Source: Octopus bimaculoides
Lineage: Eukaryota
DNA: 46,685 nt
Assembly (NCBI RefSeq): GCF_001194135.2
Contig: NC_068984.1
Coordinates: 107,572,202-107,618,886, forward strand
Reading direction: 5' to 3'
The notes beneath the pieces are model-generated. The model saw nothing but the letters and a program-made list of their open reading frames with translations. It had not been told where the DNA came from and did not search any database. Position numbers and translations under genes: made by a program. Each line of letters opens with the position of its first letter. Position 1 is the stretch's first letter. Positions 13,109-25,885 of the stretch are shown piece by piece.

Positions 13109-13766
13109 CTGAAATATTAACATTGAGCATTTACTATTTAATCGAAATAGAAGGATAAAAATAAACAAAAGTAAGTTTTCACGTGAATTTCACCTCTTTT
13201 TTATTCATCTGAGAATTACGTGAACGTAAAGACCATTGATATTCAAATCCTCACTGTAAAAGAATAATGATATATTCTTTTTTAGGTGAAGATGGACTAG
13301 ATACAACACCATATTAGACGAGGCCTAATATATTATTGACGATTATATTATCTACTGACATTTCATTGCAGGATTATGAGGAAGCAAATTAGATTTAGAA
13401 ATTCGTTTAGTTTGGACAGTGATATTTTGTTTTTACGCATTCAAGTGAATTTTAACAATACTTTATTTTTCAAACAAATGGCTAACTGATATGAGACGTA
13501 GCTACAGATGATAACAATTTATTGTTAGTACATAGTCATAGAAATCCAGATTGATGAGACGTAAACATTAGCGTGACATGATTTAAACTGAAATGCGAAA
13601 GAAGGAAGAGTTCGAAGAGCTCTGAAATTATTTCCGTCACCGATGTACTAAATATGAAGAAACCAGTTAAACATGTTAGGATATAAAACAGACTGTATTC
13701 TACTTTATAATAGCCGTAAACTTAAAAAGAGCGGTTTATTATTGTTGCTCTTATTTAGTTCCACGT

Positions 13767-13990
13767 TGGGGTGACGAACTACCAGAATAGTTAGCACGCG
13801 ACATAAAGTGCTTGGTAACATGCCTTCTAGTTTTACATTCTGAGATGAAATGCCACCGAGGTCGACTTCGCCTTTCATCCTTTCTGAGTTGATAAAGTAA
13901 GTACATGTTCAACATTGGAGTTGATATAATCGACTTGTCGCCTCCATCTAATACTGGAGACCTTGTACCAAGATTTGAAATAACCATTTA
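13767..13990 (+). mobile_element. tRNA-derived SINE, same family as the 1487-2955 array
   Basis: ggtgacgaactaccagaatagttagcacg..ccgaggtcgacttcgcctttcatcc..gataaagtaagtac..gatataatcgac..gaccttgtaccaag. Confidence 0.8.
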
Positions 13991-15094
13991 GTCTCACATA
14001 GGCCTTGATACAACAAATAATTTGTAAAAAGCGATCTGATCAGGAGCATTCCATACGTTGTTCAGACCTCACGAAACTATGGCTGCATTATCCAAAGAGT
14101 GTTTGCTTATTCAAGACAATAAGAAACTTCTGGTTGCTGATTCTAGCATGACATGGCAAGTCATGCGAAATGACTGTCCCAATGTTCAATTTTTCCCTCT
14201 CAAATTAAAACAATTAACTTTCAAATTAATCGAATTTGAAATTAAAATAAATGAATCTCAAATTAAAGCAACAGAACTATAATATCAATGAAATCAGATG
14301 AACTTTATTTAAATCAAATGAACACCAATTTAATTTATACTAATTTAAAACTGATATTAAATATCCGATGTGACATTTAAATAATGACGTTTGATTTAAT
14401 ACATATTTTGCTCAGTCATGCTACTTCCACATTCAACAAAATTTTCTCTACATGAGATAAATTCCTGAACGTCATTTCATATAGCTTAGTATATTTAACT
14501 GATTAAGTAAGCATTACAGTGTAGAGTAATGCATTTATCGCAGTGAAGAGTAATGCATATGAAGTACGAAATGCATCCATATTAAGTCAATAAAATAATT
14601 TCCAGTCGAGCACAAGGATCGATGTAATCGACGTACTAATCCCTCGCAAGTACTGGCCTTGTGACTAAATTTAAAAGCAACTTGAGAGTTAAACGATCTA
14701 ATTCAGTAAATATTTGACCTAAACCCTATGCAGAACCTTAACACTTTCTTTCCAAGTGTAGTTCCTGGAGATGCAAAGACAGCAAGATCAGGTATTTTAA
14801 TCTAGTTAATTATTTTCAAAGAGGAACTGAAGTAGAAAGCGATAGCACATGTAAAATCTTTGCGAGAATGTTATAAAAGAAAAAAGAAATGAAGCTCAAA
14901 ATCTAAATATATTTTTTTAATCAGACACCAAATGGAATACCAGATTAAGCTGTAATAGTGACAGGGTCAGATTCTGATAATTTAATTTTAAAAACGGTAG
15001 AATAGGGTTTTCCAAACAAAACTAATATGGAATGGGTTCATGAAATTAGGTTATCGTTCCATAAACATAATTTTACAAAACATGCTACACTTAC

Positions 15095-15121
15095 CTTTCG
15101 GCTTCACATCTTTTGGTATTG
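15095..15121 (-). CDS. Exon I (27 nt microexon, phase 1-1): basic linker AIPKDVKPK
   Basis: Acceptor ttcttcttttacag|CA, donor AAA G|gtaagt. In frame between VWA3 and ShKT. Confidence 0.82.
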
Positions 15122-15770
15122 CTGTAAAAGAAGAAAAAAAAACGGAATATAAAATTATTTTTTAACATAATTCAAAATTGTTATTATTTTGCAACAATAC
15201 TACTAATTTCAAATCATTTCTATCAACTCAAAATGTGTTTCTAATTTAACTGTAAGCTATAGTGTTTCTTTTTTTTTTTTTTAGATTTGTTAATGCTACA
15301 GCTTCCATTATGAACAAGACTAAAACCGGAAGGTGATGCATTATCATTGGAATTCGTAACTTCATTTCAGCGAAGTATGAAGGCAAAAAAAAAAAAACAG
15401 CAATGTGAAATAAACTAAAATATATATTTAGAGTTTAGAATAACACATATCAAGTGGATTTATATTTGTATGCTACATATGTAATATACATATGTATACA
15501 TACATACACACTCATAAATGTATACATACACACATGCACTCACGCACACACACATACACACACCAAACACACACACACACATAAACATACGTATATATAT
15601 AAGAATACATATGCATGTAAATATATGTGTAAACATTTATATGTACACGATCCAGATATATGAAACACCTTTATATAAGTACTGAAAGAAAAATTGCATT
15701 TCACTTTATCATATGTTTTGTCTTTTTACTCTTGAAGTATCACTACCACACACGCATAAATACACACACA

Positions 15771-15802
<32 letters not shown>

Positions 15803-16059
15803 TACACACACACACACACACGCATACACACACACACTTTCTCTCTCTCTCTCACACACACACATACACACATACACACATACACACAGACATACATACA
15901 CACAGACACACATACACACACACATAGCAATCTTTGTAGCGTACTTAATATGGATGTATTTTTGGAATGCCATAATACTGTGGTATTCGCCTTGACACGG
16001 CTTCGCATATAGACGTATAGTGCTAAGAAGCACAGGCATATCTCTAGCAGACTAAGGAT

Positions 16060-16270
16060 CGTACAGCAACAGTGGTGCCAAGCGTCATTTCGTCCGTGTT
16101 TACGTTCTGAGTTGAAATTTCGCAGAAGTCGACTTTGCCTTTCATCCTTTCGGTGTCGGTAAAATAAGTACCAACTGAACACTGGAGTCGATGTAATTAG
16201 CTTACCCGCTTCTTCAAAATTACTAGTCTTGCGCCAAAATTTGAAAACATTATCATTAGTATCATCATCA
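16060..16270 (+). mobile_element. tRNA-derived SINE, same family, 5' part eroded
   Basis: ttacgttctgagttgaaatttcgcagaagtcgactttgcctttcatcctttcggtgtcggtaaaataagtaccaactgaacactggagtcgatgtaat. Confidence 0.78.
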
Positions 16271-17094
16271 TTGCTATTGCACTGTTTCTGACAATGAAAA
16301 CGACGAAGAGGAAACGTAAAGTGAGGAAGACATAGTTCGTGATAATGAAAATAGATATATAAATTCATATCCAGATGTGTGTGCCTGCATGCGCATGTGT
16401 GTGTGTGTATGTGTCTGTGTATGCATGTGCACGCGCGTGTTGTTTTCCTTTCTAATTCTACGTCTTAATTTCCTCAATTCTGCATGCTTCATTCAGTGAA
16501 AATGATTATATTTATGAACGAAATCCAGCATTTTCGTCAACTTAACGAGTGCAATGAAGGACAATCGAAAAGGGTTCTCATTTCTTATTTTTCCATTTTA
16601 ATTCTTGACACTTTTATCTTCATAATAAAGTTGTTATGGCGGAAACCGATTCAGATCGCATAGTGAAAATGTGGTTTCCTCTTGCGGACATAATTTCGTT
16701 TCTATTCCACTTAACGATTTGAGAGTGTGGTCTCAGAGACCAAACTTATTAGCATGTACCTCGAAATAGCCTTTTACCTTAGAAATAGTTTAACTAACTA
16801 AGATATAAAAATATACTTATATAGAAGTAAAGATTTGAAGAACTTTTATAGCAATTCAGCTGTTATAAGGTATTGAGTATGATGGACGATAGTTATATCT
16901 AATCGAAAATAAATAACGATCGAATATAGAACTTCGAAAATGACTAAATATAGTTCTAAAGCGGGAATTAAAACTTAAACCGTACAACATTAACAACCCA
17001 TGTATGAATTATCTATAACACAGTAATTATGTTACATATTATAGAACCTCGGAATATTGTATAAGAAAATATTAGAGCCGTATTAACTTAATTA

Positions 17095-17165
<71 letters not shown>

Positions 17166-17504
17166 NNNNNNNNNNTACATGCATACACACATATATGCAT
17201 ACATATATACATGCATGTACACACACTCATACATGCATTCATGCATACATACATACATACATACATACATACATACATACATACATACATACATACATAC
17301 ATAAGAGTATGTGTTCCAAGTAAATGCAGCGATTTTAATAAGTTGACTTCCTTCTGATTTGTATTGTAAATAATTTATTAGTTGCCCGTTTTCTCGGATG
17401 CGTAAAGGAACAGAAGAGGGCAAGAGGGATGGAGGACAAATGTACAATGGGCCTCGTGTATAAAGGAAAGTGAATATCAAATCAATAGTTACTCTATAAA
17501 CCTT

Positions 17505-17835
17505 AATAACAAGGCCTGAAATTTGGGCGGAGGGGACTATTCGATTACATCGACACCAGTGTTTTACTGGTACTTAATTTATCAACCTCGAAAGAATGAA
17601 AGCAAAGTCAACAGATGAAATGTAGCTAAATATTTTGCCCAGCATGCAAATGGTTCTGCCTAGGGGACAAACAAGGACAGACAAAGGGTTTAAGTCGTTT
17701 ACATCAACACCAGTGCGTAACTGGTACTTATTTAATCGACCTCGGCGGAATTTGAATTCAGAACGTAAGGGCAGACGAAATACCGCTAAGCATTTCGCCC
17801 GGCGTGCTAACGATTCTGCCAGCTCGCCGCCCTAT
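17505..17835 (-). mobile_element. Two adjacent or nested antisense-strand SINE pieces, same family
   Basis: 3' piece at ~17505-17612 (cgattacatcgacaccag..ggtacttaatttatcaacc). Near-complete copy at ~17660-17835 (gacctcggcggaatttgaattcagaacg..gctaagcatttcgcccggcgtgctaacgattctgccagctcgccgcc). Confidence 0.78.
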
Positions 17836-17837
17836 TG

Positions 17838-17873
<36 letters not shown>

Positions 17874-18045
17874 CATACATGCACATGCATATATTCATAC
17901 ACACATACATAGATGCATACAACAAGGGAGAATGCTGGGGTTTAGATAATTCTGTAAAATAAAATGTATCAATATTAGTCGTATATTTTTTCTGGCTTTC
18001 AAGAATATAAAAAGTGACGATAAGAGCTATATTTCAGATACTCAC

Positions 18046-18609
18046 CAACACATGTTTTGTTAGCGACCATGTCCACTATATGAATCAAATTGTTAAAATC
18101 TCTCGCGTTGAATACATGAGAACTATCCGGATCTGTTGCAATTTCGTTTAATTCTTTGCGACTAATTGAAGAGCCGATCCCAATGGAAATCAATGTGATA
18201 TTGCTATTTCTTGCAGCTGCAGCTTCTAATTTGGTATCGTCAGGCAATGTCGATTCCCCGTCGGTTATTATAACACCAATTTTTGGTACGTTAGTACGAG
18301 CACCGTTGGCATGGGTGAACATGTGATAATGCATAAAGTTAATAGCCTGATCTGTGTAGGTATTACCAACTTTGTAGCGTATTTTTGAGATGGCTTTCTT
18401 AATGGCACCTTTGTTATTAAATTTGTTCAGGTGAAATTCCAGATGGGGACGGCTGTTGTAACTCATAGCACCGATTTGTATATGTTTTGGACCAATTTCG
18501 AATTTGTCTACGAGTTTCTCAACAAAATCAAGCATCTTATGGAAGTTTTTGTAACCGACACTTGCAGAGGAATCCATAACAAAGACAATATCAGCCGTAG
18601 CGTAACATT
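18046..18609 (-). CDS. Exon H (564 nt, phase 1-1): VWA domain 3
   Basis: Acceptor tttgtttcccag|AA TGT, donor GTT G|gtgagt. ECYATADIVFVMDSSASVG...VGNTYT...IITDGES...KTCV: intact MIDAS. Confidence 0.95.
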
Positions 18610-18770
18610 CTGGGAAACAAATGAAACAAAAATATTTAAAACATAGTGAAATTAATGACTAATTATATATTTATAACTTATAACAAACAATATATCTTGA
18701 GAAAGTTTCGAGAACGGAAAAAAAAACACATTGTAAACATATTAGAAAAGTGGTATATATAATATGTATG

Positions 18771-19110
18771 ATAACCCATTCTGCTTAAGGTACAAGACCT
18801 TGAAATTTTTGGGGAGAGATATAGCCGATTACATCGACCCCAGTACTTGACTGGTACTTAATTTATCAACTCTGAAAGGTTGAAAGCAAAGTCGACCTCG
18901 GCAGAATTATGTAGACTAATAGAAGTAATTTTTTTCTGTTATCCAAGCTATTTTAGAAAACACTTGCCCAAGTTATCCAAAACGACGTGGATGCGAAGCG
19001 AATTTTTTAATCGCACAAGTATGTATGCATGTATGTATGTATGGATGGATGGATGGATGGATGGATGGATGGATGGATGGATGGATGGATGCATACATAT
19101 ATATTCATTC

Positions 19111-19154
<44 letters not shown>

Positions 19155-19369
19155 GTATATGTATGCATATAAACAAGTGTTTTCTAAAATAGCTTGGATA
19201 GCAAAACAAATTACTTCTATTATTCTACATAATTCTGCCGAGGTCGACTTTGCCTTACATCCTTTCGGAGTTGATAAATTAAGTACCAGTCAAGTACTGG
19301 GGTTGATGTAATCGACTATATCTCTCCCCCAAAATTTCAAGGTCTTGTACCTTAAGTATAATGGGTTAT
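18771..19369. repeat. Inverted duplication: 196 bp arms (18771-18966, 19174-19369) containing a 5'-truncated SINE plus non-SINE flank
   Basis: Manual alignment gives about 13 differences over ~197 positions. The spacer holds (TATG)n, (GGAT)n and (TA)n. Confidence 0.92.
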
Positions 19370-20880
19370 TATATATAATTGAGTGATTCTACACGATTAT
19401 GATCAAATAGCATAGTGTATTCGATACTTTTCGATAAATTTCTGACGCTTAGTATATCATAATTCCTTTATTAAAGTTAATACTTATAAACACACAAATC
19501 CAACGTTAATACCTATTTAATTTCATCATATTTTTGCAGAAAACAAGAATTATATCAAAATTCCGTGAAAGCGTGTTCATAATTAATAGAGGACAGTAAC
19601 TATTTGTCCTTGAAAGATAATGTGGATATATTTCACAGTTCATAGAGAATCATTACATTCTGTTTAAGAAAGTTTTCTCAAATGTTGTTTATGCCTACAG
19701 ATTATTGATAAAATAGATATACGTATTAAAAATACTTGACCTCGATATATCGAGTCTGGTTAAAGTCCACAAAGTATATTTTAATCTTTCGACAGATAAT
19801 AATGAAGTGCTTGAGGGTTTTTTTCTTATTAGATAACATGGGAAAAATGGATAATTAATATATACTTTACTCGCTTAATTAGGCTTGAGATAGGGTTAAG
19901 TTTGCGCAATTGATACGATTGAAGTTCAATTTGAAGTCATAAAGACTGACATTAAGCTATGGGAAAACGCCGACTGAACGATACACTTCTGGGGAAGAAA
20001 CATTCACCAAGGATATTTTTACTGTTGATTGTGGTGTGAACCGACATGAGTGTTGAATGGAAGTCAGCATGCGATTCAGAGCAGAAAGATTCGAGAAGGT
20101 AGAGGTTGTTGCAATAATCTCAGGGAAGAGAGAAATATAAAGTAGACATAATGAACGTTATGTCTGGTAATTGTAGTATCTTGGACTCTTAATGATTGCA
20201 TATTAACCGGACGATTGTATATATACATATGTTTAAGCGAATTTGTGTGCGACTAGTTCTCTTGTGTAGTACATTCTTGTGCATGAGAACCTACTGTAGA
20301 AGAAAGTTTGTAAAGTACCAGACTAGTCATTATTCATTCATTTATGTGGCGGCCAGTGTCACCATAGAAAATGAAACAAGATCCAAACAAACTGGAAGGT
20401 CAATACTGGTTCAATTCCTCTCGTTGGAATTGTTTCATTTCACTTATGCTAATAATTCTTTTCGGAGAGCAGAAGTATAAATCTTGATATCTCTACTTTC
20501 TTAAATTACATATCGTTTATGCTTATTCAAAATTTACCAATTGTTATGTATTTTCATACATTCTATACAATTTGAAGAATGAATAAGTATGTAACCTAGA
20601 TGCGTACGGAGGAGAGCAAAACAGTGTATATCATATATTTTTGTTTATTTCTGTAAAGAGATTGATTTGCAAAATTGAAGATTCACGTAAGAATTAACGG
20701 CTATTCACACCTTCTTAATGCTTCAAATACTTTTATAAATGTTCAACTATTGCCCATTCTAAAACTGTCAAAACCAAATATAAAAAAAATTAAAAACATT
20801 TGACTGCAAACATCAGATATGAATTCACGTGATTGCACTACATAATTCCGGAAATTTAAATACAAATCTGTTCAACTCAC

Positions 20881-20910
20881 CTGACGCAGTTCCGTTCTCA
20901 TGAGGAGCAA
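20881..20910 (-). CDS. Exon G (30 nt microexon, phase 1-1): linker VAPHENGTAS
   Basis: Acceptor atttaattttccag|TT, donor TCA G|gtgagt. In frame between VWA2 and VWA3; NGT sequon. Confidence 0.8.
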
Positions 20911-22353
20911 CTGGAAAATTAAATATGGATAATATGAGTTTATCATAAATACTACGGAAAGTCAAAAAAATAGTTACGCTAGAATCATATATTTTATAGC
21001 AACATTCTAGGATTAGAACAATGATACATCCTGAATGGCAAGTTTTATGTATTATATTTGTTACGTTCAAGTAGGTCAGATTTGGCGAAAATATGAAGTA
21101 CGATAGGTTTTCAATGTCATATGATAGAGGCACATACTTTTCGTGTTTGAAATGTATGTGAAAGAATTTCATAAACTATTGAACACTTTTGTAAATTGTT
21201 TTGTGAGAACTCAATTGCGGATTTGTTATCAAATAATGAATGAAGTTAAAACTAAGGAAATGTAATTCTAATAGTTTAGATTTATTTCATATGGGACATT
21301 CCCACGATAACATATATCTGTTTTGCAATACGTCATTGTCAAAATGAGGATATAGCTTAGCGACTGTCAATACATAACTGCAAATAAGTGACCTTCAATA
21401 TGCGAGTGTCATCAGAATATTGTCAACAAAATTTCAATAAATGACTAACAATTGATCGATATCAGCAAGTGGATATCAATAAATAAATATCAATAAGTGA
21501 TTCTGAACAAAATAGTGTCCATGAGTGGCTATTATTAAAATGATGTCAATAAAAGATTCAAAATAAATGGAAGTGGAGAGACAAGTTACTGAAGAGATTG
21601 CAAGAGTGCAATGAAATGATTTAACAAAAAACTATATACTGTTTATAAATTAAGTAAGGACTGAACCAGTGCGTGTGTTTATTACCGGCATAATGCCTCT
21701 CCCAAGGTTTAATTGTATTTCTTTCAACACACGTATCCACATCAAGAATCTTGCACACGAAATACACATACGAAAAATAAAAGCCAGTTAAATGTTAACG
21801 AATATTAAAAAATATGGTAAGACCTAAAAATGGGACTCTAACGCAAGAAAAAGCTTATGGTTGGAAAAAACAGTAAATCCAAGAAAGATGGAATGTGTAT
21901 GTTATGTATTTGTGTACCTAGTTGAGAGTAAGTGCATAAGAGTTGTTAGTACGTCATACAAATATCTGAAGGGTTAGTAATTCGTATCTCTTCATCACTA
22001 ATGCATAATATAAACGGCTAAAATTCTGAAGACACTTAGCTGCAAATATGTATGCAGGAAAAGCTCATGGTTTTAAGCATTGGCAGCACTGTAAATGTGA
22101 CGACTATTTTGCAAGATTGCATGAGTTCACCTTGTCATGTATTGATTGTTTCGTGTATTTAAATGATATCTGTCAGGCAAATTTACACAAGATGAACATC
22201 ATTAAGGAGTTTATCAGCGATTCTCATAGGAACCGATATATATAAACAAACACTAAAACACACATACACACACACACAAATATATGCATACATCAATACA
22301 TGCATACATGATCGTTATTATTGCATATTTAAAATAATCATAGGTGTTATTAC

Positions 22354-22776
22354 CGTTACAAGAAGACTTCGATAATCTTGAGGCAATAGAGTGTAGGACA
22401 GCAAAGTCTTCAACTCTAAATTCGAAATCACTTTTTGGTGAGCTGGAAATATGCTTCAGTAGGTTTGTATTTATATCTCCAATGCCAATGGTAAATAATA
22501 AAATGCCGTTGTTCTTTATCTTCTGTGCTTCACTCTGAACGTTGATCGGTCCATTCGACTGACCGTCTGTAATCAATATAGCAATGCGTGTAACGTTTGG
22601 TCGAAGTCCATTACTAAATGTCATACTTTGTGAGAACAGCCTTTCCAATCCCTCACCGGCATGAGTGCTACCGCCGTGATACCGGATTTTATTGATGGCA
22701 GCAAGTAGAGAAGAAGAATCATTATAACTATCCAATGCAAATTCAGTCCTACTGGCACTGTCGAACGAATCAATAC
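22354..22776 (-). CDS. Exon F (423 nt, phase 1-1): C-terminal part of VWA domain 2
   Basis: Acceptor ttttttgacag|GT, donor AAC G|gtaata. GIDSFDSASRTEF...GGSTHAG...ILITDGQS...SSCN completes the MIDAS begun in exon E. Confidence 0.93.
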
Positions 22777-22968
22777 CTGTCAAAAAATGGAACATAATAT
22801 AATGTAACAAGAATACTTTATTACCTTGTATATTAACTTGGAAGTGAAGTTATATTTTTAAGTGTTCTGCAGATGATACAGTTCAGAAACAGAGAATTAT
22901 GAGTTAAGATTTCATAACGTATTACTAGTCTGAATATCTATCTATCTATCTATCTATCTAACTATATA

Positions 22969-23025
<57 letters not shown>

Positions 23026-23844
23026 CTATATATACATATACATTTATATACATATACTTATATAGACATAGACACTACATAGATAGATAGATAGCTATTC
23101 TTTATATATATATTTACATATATGCTCAAACATACATTCATACATACATATATGTAAGTATATATACATATGTGTGTATATATATAAACATATATACCCA
23201 TACATACATTCATATAGACATAGATAGACAGATACATACATAGTCAGACAGACAGTCAGACAGACAGTCAGACAGACCGACAGACACACAGACAGACAGA
23301 TATATAGATAGAAAGATAGATATACATTCTTTATATATGTGAGTCTTTACATATATGTTCAAATATACATACATGCATGCATGCATGCATGCATACATAC
23401 ATACATACATACATACATAAATACATAGAATTATATATATATATATATCATTTGTGAATAATATTCACATATTTAAATATTTTATAGCTTTATAATGGAA
23501 CATCATCGAGAACGGATAGCTAGCCAACTGGCTCATCAGTGACCAATCGATTTTGAAATTTGTTCCCCTTCAACGATAACGAAACATCCCATCTGATTTA
23601 TAGCATTCATCTTAATTGATATTGAATCCTTTCACATAGTATTATCTAAAATTACTTTATATCAGCATATATGTATAATTTTTATTATCTTCCTAATTAC
23701 AAGTAAATCGATTGCATTCCTGAATCACAAATTAATTTCATGGCTCTTTTTGCAGAATGAGTTCATGGCTTTAGAATTGAACACTAATTAAATTCATGAT
23801 TATCAAAAGGTACAGCTGAGATCAGTGTCGAAATAGATATCTCA

Positions 23845-23850
<6 letters not shown>

Positions 23851-23928
<78 letters not shown>

Positions 23929-23935
23929 TAATAAC

Positions 23936-24003
<68 letters not shown>
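23851..24003. repeat. Long (TAA)n microsatellite with TAAC interruptions
   Basis: Directly visible. Confidence 0.97.
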
Positions 24004-24006
<3 letters not shown>

Positions 24007-24552
24007 GTTCTGATGCAGTACCAAGAAGTGGCTCTCTTGGCTTCTGATCTCATGTGCATTGTTTCGTTTTGGTAAACAAGATTCGACACTGATCTCCGCT
24101 ACTGCAAATATTCTGCTCAATACCACAGATTTGCTTGTCAGTTGCTTGACCATAACCAGTTGAGTATGTCACTTAGTCGCTAACAATATGTACATCTCTG
24201 ATCACGAACAGAAGTAGCAGAGAGCAACATATCCATGTGTTGAGAGGAATTCTTTGGGATTTGGATAATTCACCTTTAGAAACATGGGTATTTTGTTCAA
24301 CATCCTTAAACAACCCTTACTCAGGGACCTTGGGAGCGGGATGGGTTACTCGATCCGAAGAAAATTGTAATTGGGCACCACCTGCAAGGTCATGCACTGT
24401 TTATCTTGATATGAGATCACTATGTCACGCACGTATGGTTGTGATGCATGTGCCTGGTGTACTCTTATCAGACGCGTAGTCATGATGGGTATACTGGGCT
24501 TCGTATATTTTACCCCATTGTCACTTTGATGGCATGCCCTGCTCTCTCACTC
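24004..24552 (+). mobile_element. ~550 bp non-coding retroposon-like element bounded by (AAT)n on both sides
   Basis: Its 3' ~220 bp align with 37782-38005 (gggatgggttactc..gaagaaaatt..cacctgcaaggtcatgcactgtttatcttga..gtcactttgatggcatg..gctctctcactc). Both copies end in (AAT)n. Confidence 0.7.
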
Positions 24553-24627
<75 letters not shown>

Positions 24628-24710
24628 AAGAAGAAGAAGAAGAAGAAGAAGAAGAAGAAGAAGAAGAAGAAGAAGAAGAAGAAGAAGAAGAAGAAGAAGA
24701 AGAAGAAGAA
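24553..24710. repeat. Compound (AAT)n-(AAG)n microsatellite
   Basis: Directly visible; switch at 24598. Confidence 0.97.
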
Positions 24711-24822
24711 ATGATTATATTGTGTTCATCTCTCTGGTGATATAGCAATGCAATTATGGTCAAGAAGCTGAATTTCGGAATATCAACAAAAAACAAAAGT
24801 AAAGTTTAATAATATTAATTAC

Positions 24823-24960
24823 CTATTTGTACTTGATCAGGGCCGATGGCAAAGGTATTACTGATGGTTGTCACAAAATTTAGAACTTTCTGGAAATTAC
24901 TTTTACCGATGCTGGCAGAGGAATCCAGGACAAATACAATATCAGCTTGCGCTGGACATT
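24823..24960 (-). CDS. Exon E (138 nt, phase 1-1): N-terminal part of VWA domain 2
   Basis: Acceptor ttcctcggttag|AA TGT, donor ATA G|gtaatt. CPAQADIVFVLDSSASIGKSNFQKVLNFVTTISNTFAIGPDQVQI with DxSxS. Confidence 0.92.
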
Positions 24961-25004
24961 CTAACCGAGGAATAAAAACAGGTATTAATTTTTTAATACA
25001 TGAA

Positions 25005-25170
25005 GACATTGTTGTGTGGTTGAGAAATTTCTATTTCAACTACGTTGACTTGAGTTCCGTCCCGCTGAGCAAAATCTTGAGCAAGTTTGTTATATTTTAG
25101 TCCCCGGCTTTGTATGGATTTGGTAAACGGAAACTGAAAGAAACTTGCCGTATGTTTGTGTGTGTTCCTA

Positions 25171-25201
<31 letters not shown>

Positions 25202-25420
25202 AAGTGTGTATGCCTTTGTGTTTTCACTTGTCCTCCACCATCGCTTGACAACCAGTGTTGGTTTGTTTACGTTTCCGGGTTCGGCAAATAATCAATAGAA
25301 TAAGTACCATGCTTAAAATTTCAGTACTGGGGTCGATTTGTTCGACCGAACCTTTCGAGGCAGTGCCCCTGCATGGCTGCAGTTCAATGAGTGAAACTAG
25401 CACAAAAGGGTAAAATGAAA
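25005..25420 (+). mobile_element. CORE-like tRNA SINE, diverged copy
   Basis: ttgtgtggtt..tcccgctg..cttgagcaagt..ggatttggtaaacggaaactgaaagaa..(TG)n..catcgcttgacaacc..aatagaataagtac..ctggggtcgatttgttcgac..gcatggctgcag matches 28217-28606. Confidence 0.75.
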
Positions 25421-25569
25421 GGTATTCGATGAGTGGCGACGGAGATGACGAAGATAATCACTAATAGATTTGCAGTTTCTAAATTCGAGAGTTCTTCAGT
25501 TAGAAGTCTACGGAGTTACACTTCTTGGTATTGATAACGAACACAACTGGAGAAGTAATGGTCACTGAT

Positions 25570-25885
25570 TTATGCACACGGCCAGCAAATTTGAAAGAAA
25601 AGCTTTAGTCAATACAATCGATCATGCTACTTGGCTAGTACAGTATTTCATCAACCCTGGATGGATGAAAGCCTTGACGGAATTTGAGCTCAAAAAGTAA
25701 AGAATCGTAACCAAAAAATACTAAACGTTTTTCTGGCGTTCTAACGATTCTGCCGATCAGCCGCCGTAACACAGCTCAGATAATTCAACCGACCTCGGCG
25801 AAATTTGAATTCAGAACGTAAAGACGAATGAAATGCCTCTAGGTAGTTTGTACGGCATACTAACGATTTTGTCAGTTCACTGTCT
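25570..25885 (-). mobile_element. Two SINE pieces of the 1487-family (25570-25765 and 25790-25885)
   Basis: gacggaatttgagctca..ctaacgattctgccgatcagccgcc and gacctcggcgaaatttgaattcagaacgtaaagacg..ctaacgattttgtcagttcac. Confidence 0.7.

Noticed and set aside
14762-14791. Plus-strand 30 nt phase-1 microexon look-alike (ag|TTCCTGGAGATGCAAAGACAGCAAGATCAG|gt)
   Set aside because: No other plus-strand exon or gene supports it; such signals arise by chance in 46 kb.
19930-20190. Possible LINE RT relic
   Set aside because: Only faint motif resemblance across several frames; not enough to name a clade.
23515-23545. CUGAUGA followed by a GCCA/TGGC hairpin on the minus strand
   Set aside because: No GAAA after the stem and no stem I or III; not a hammerhead.
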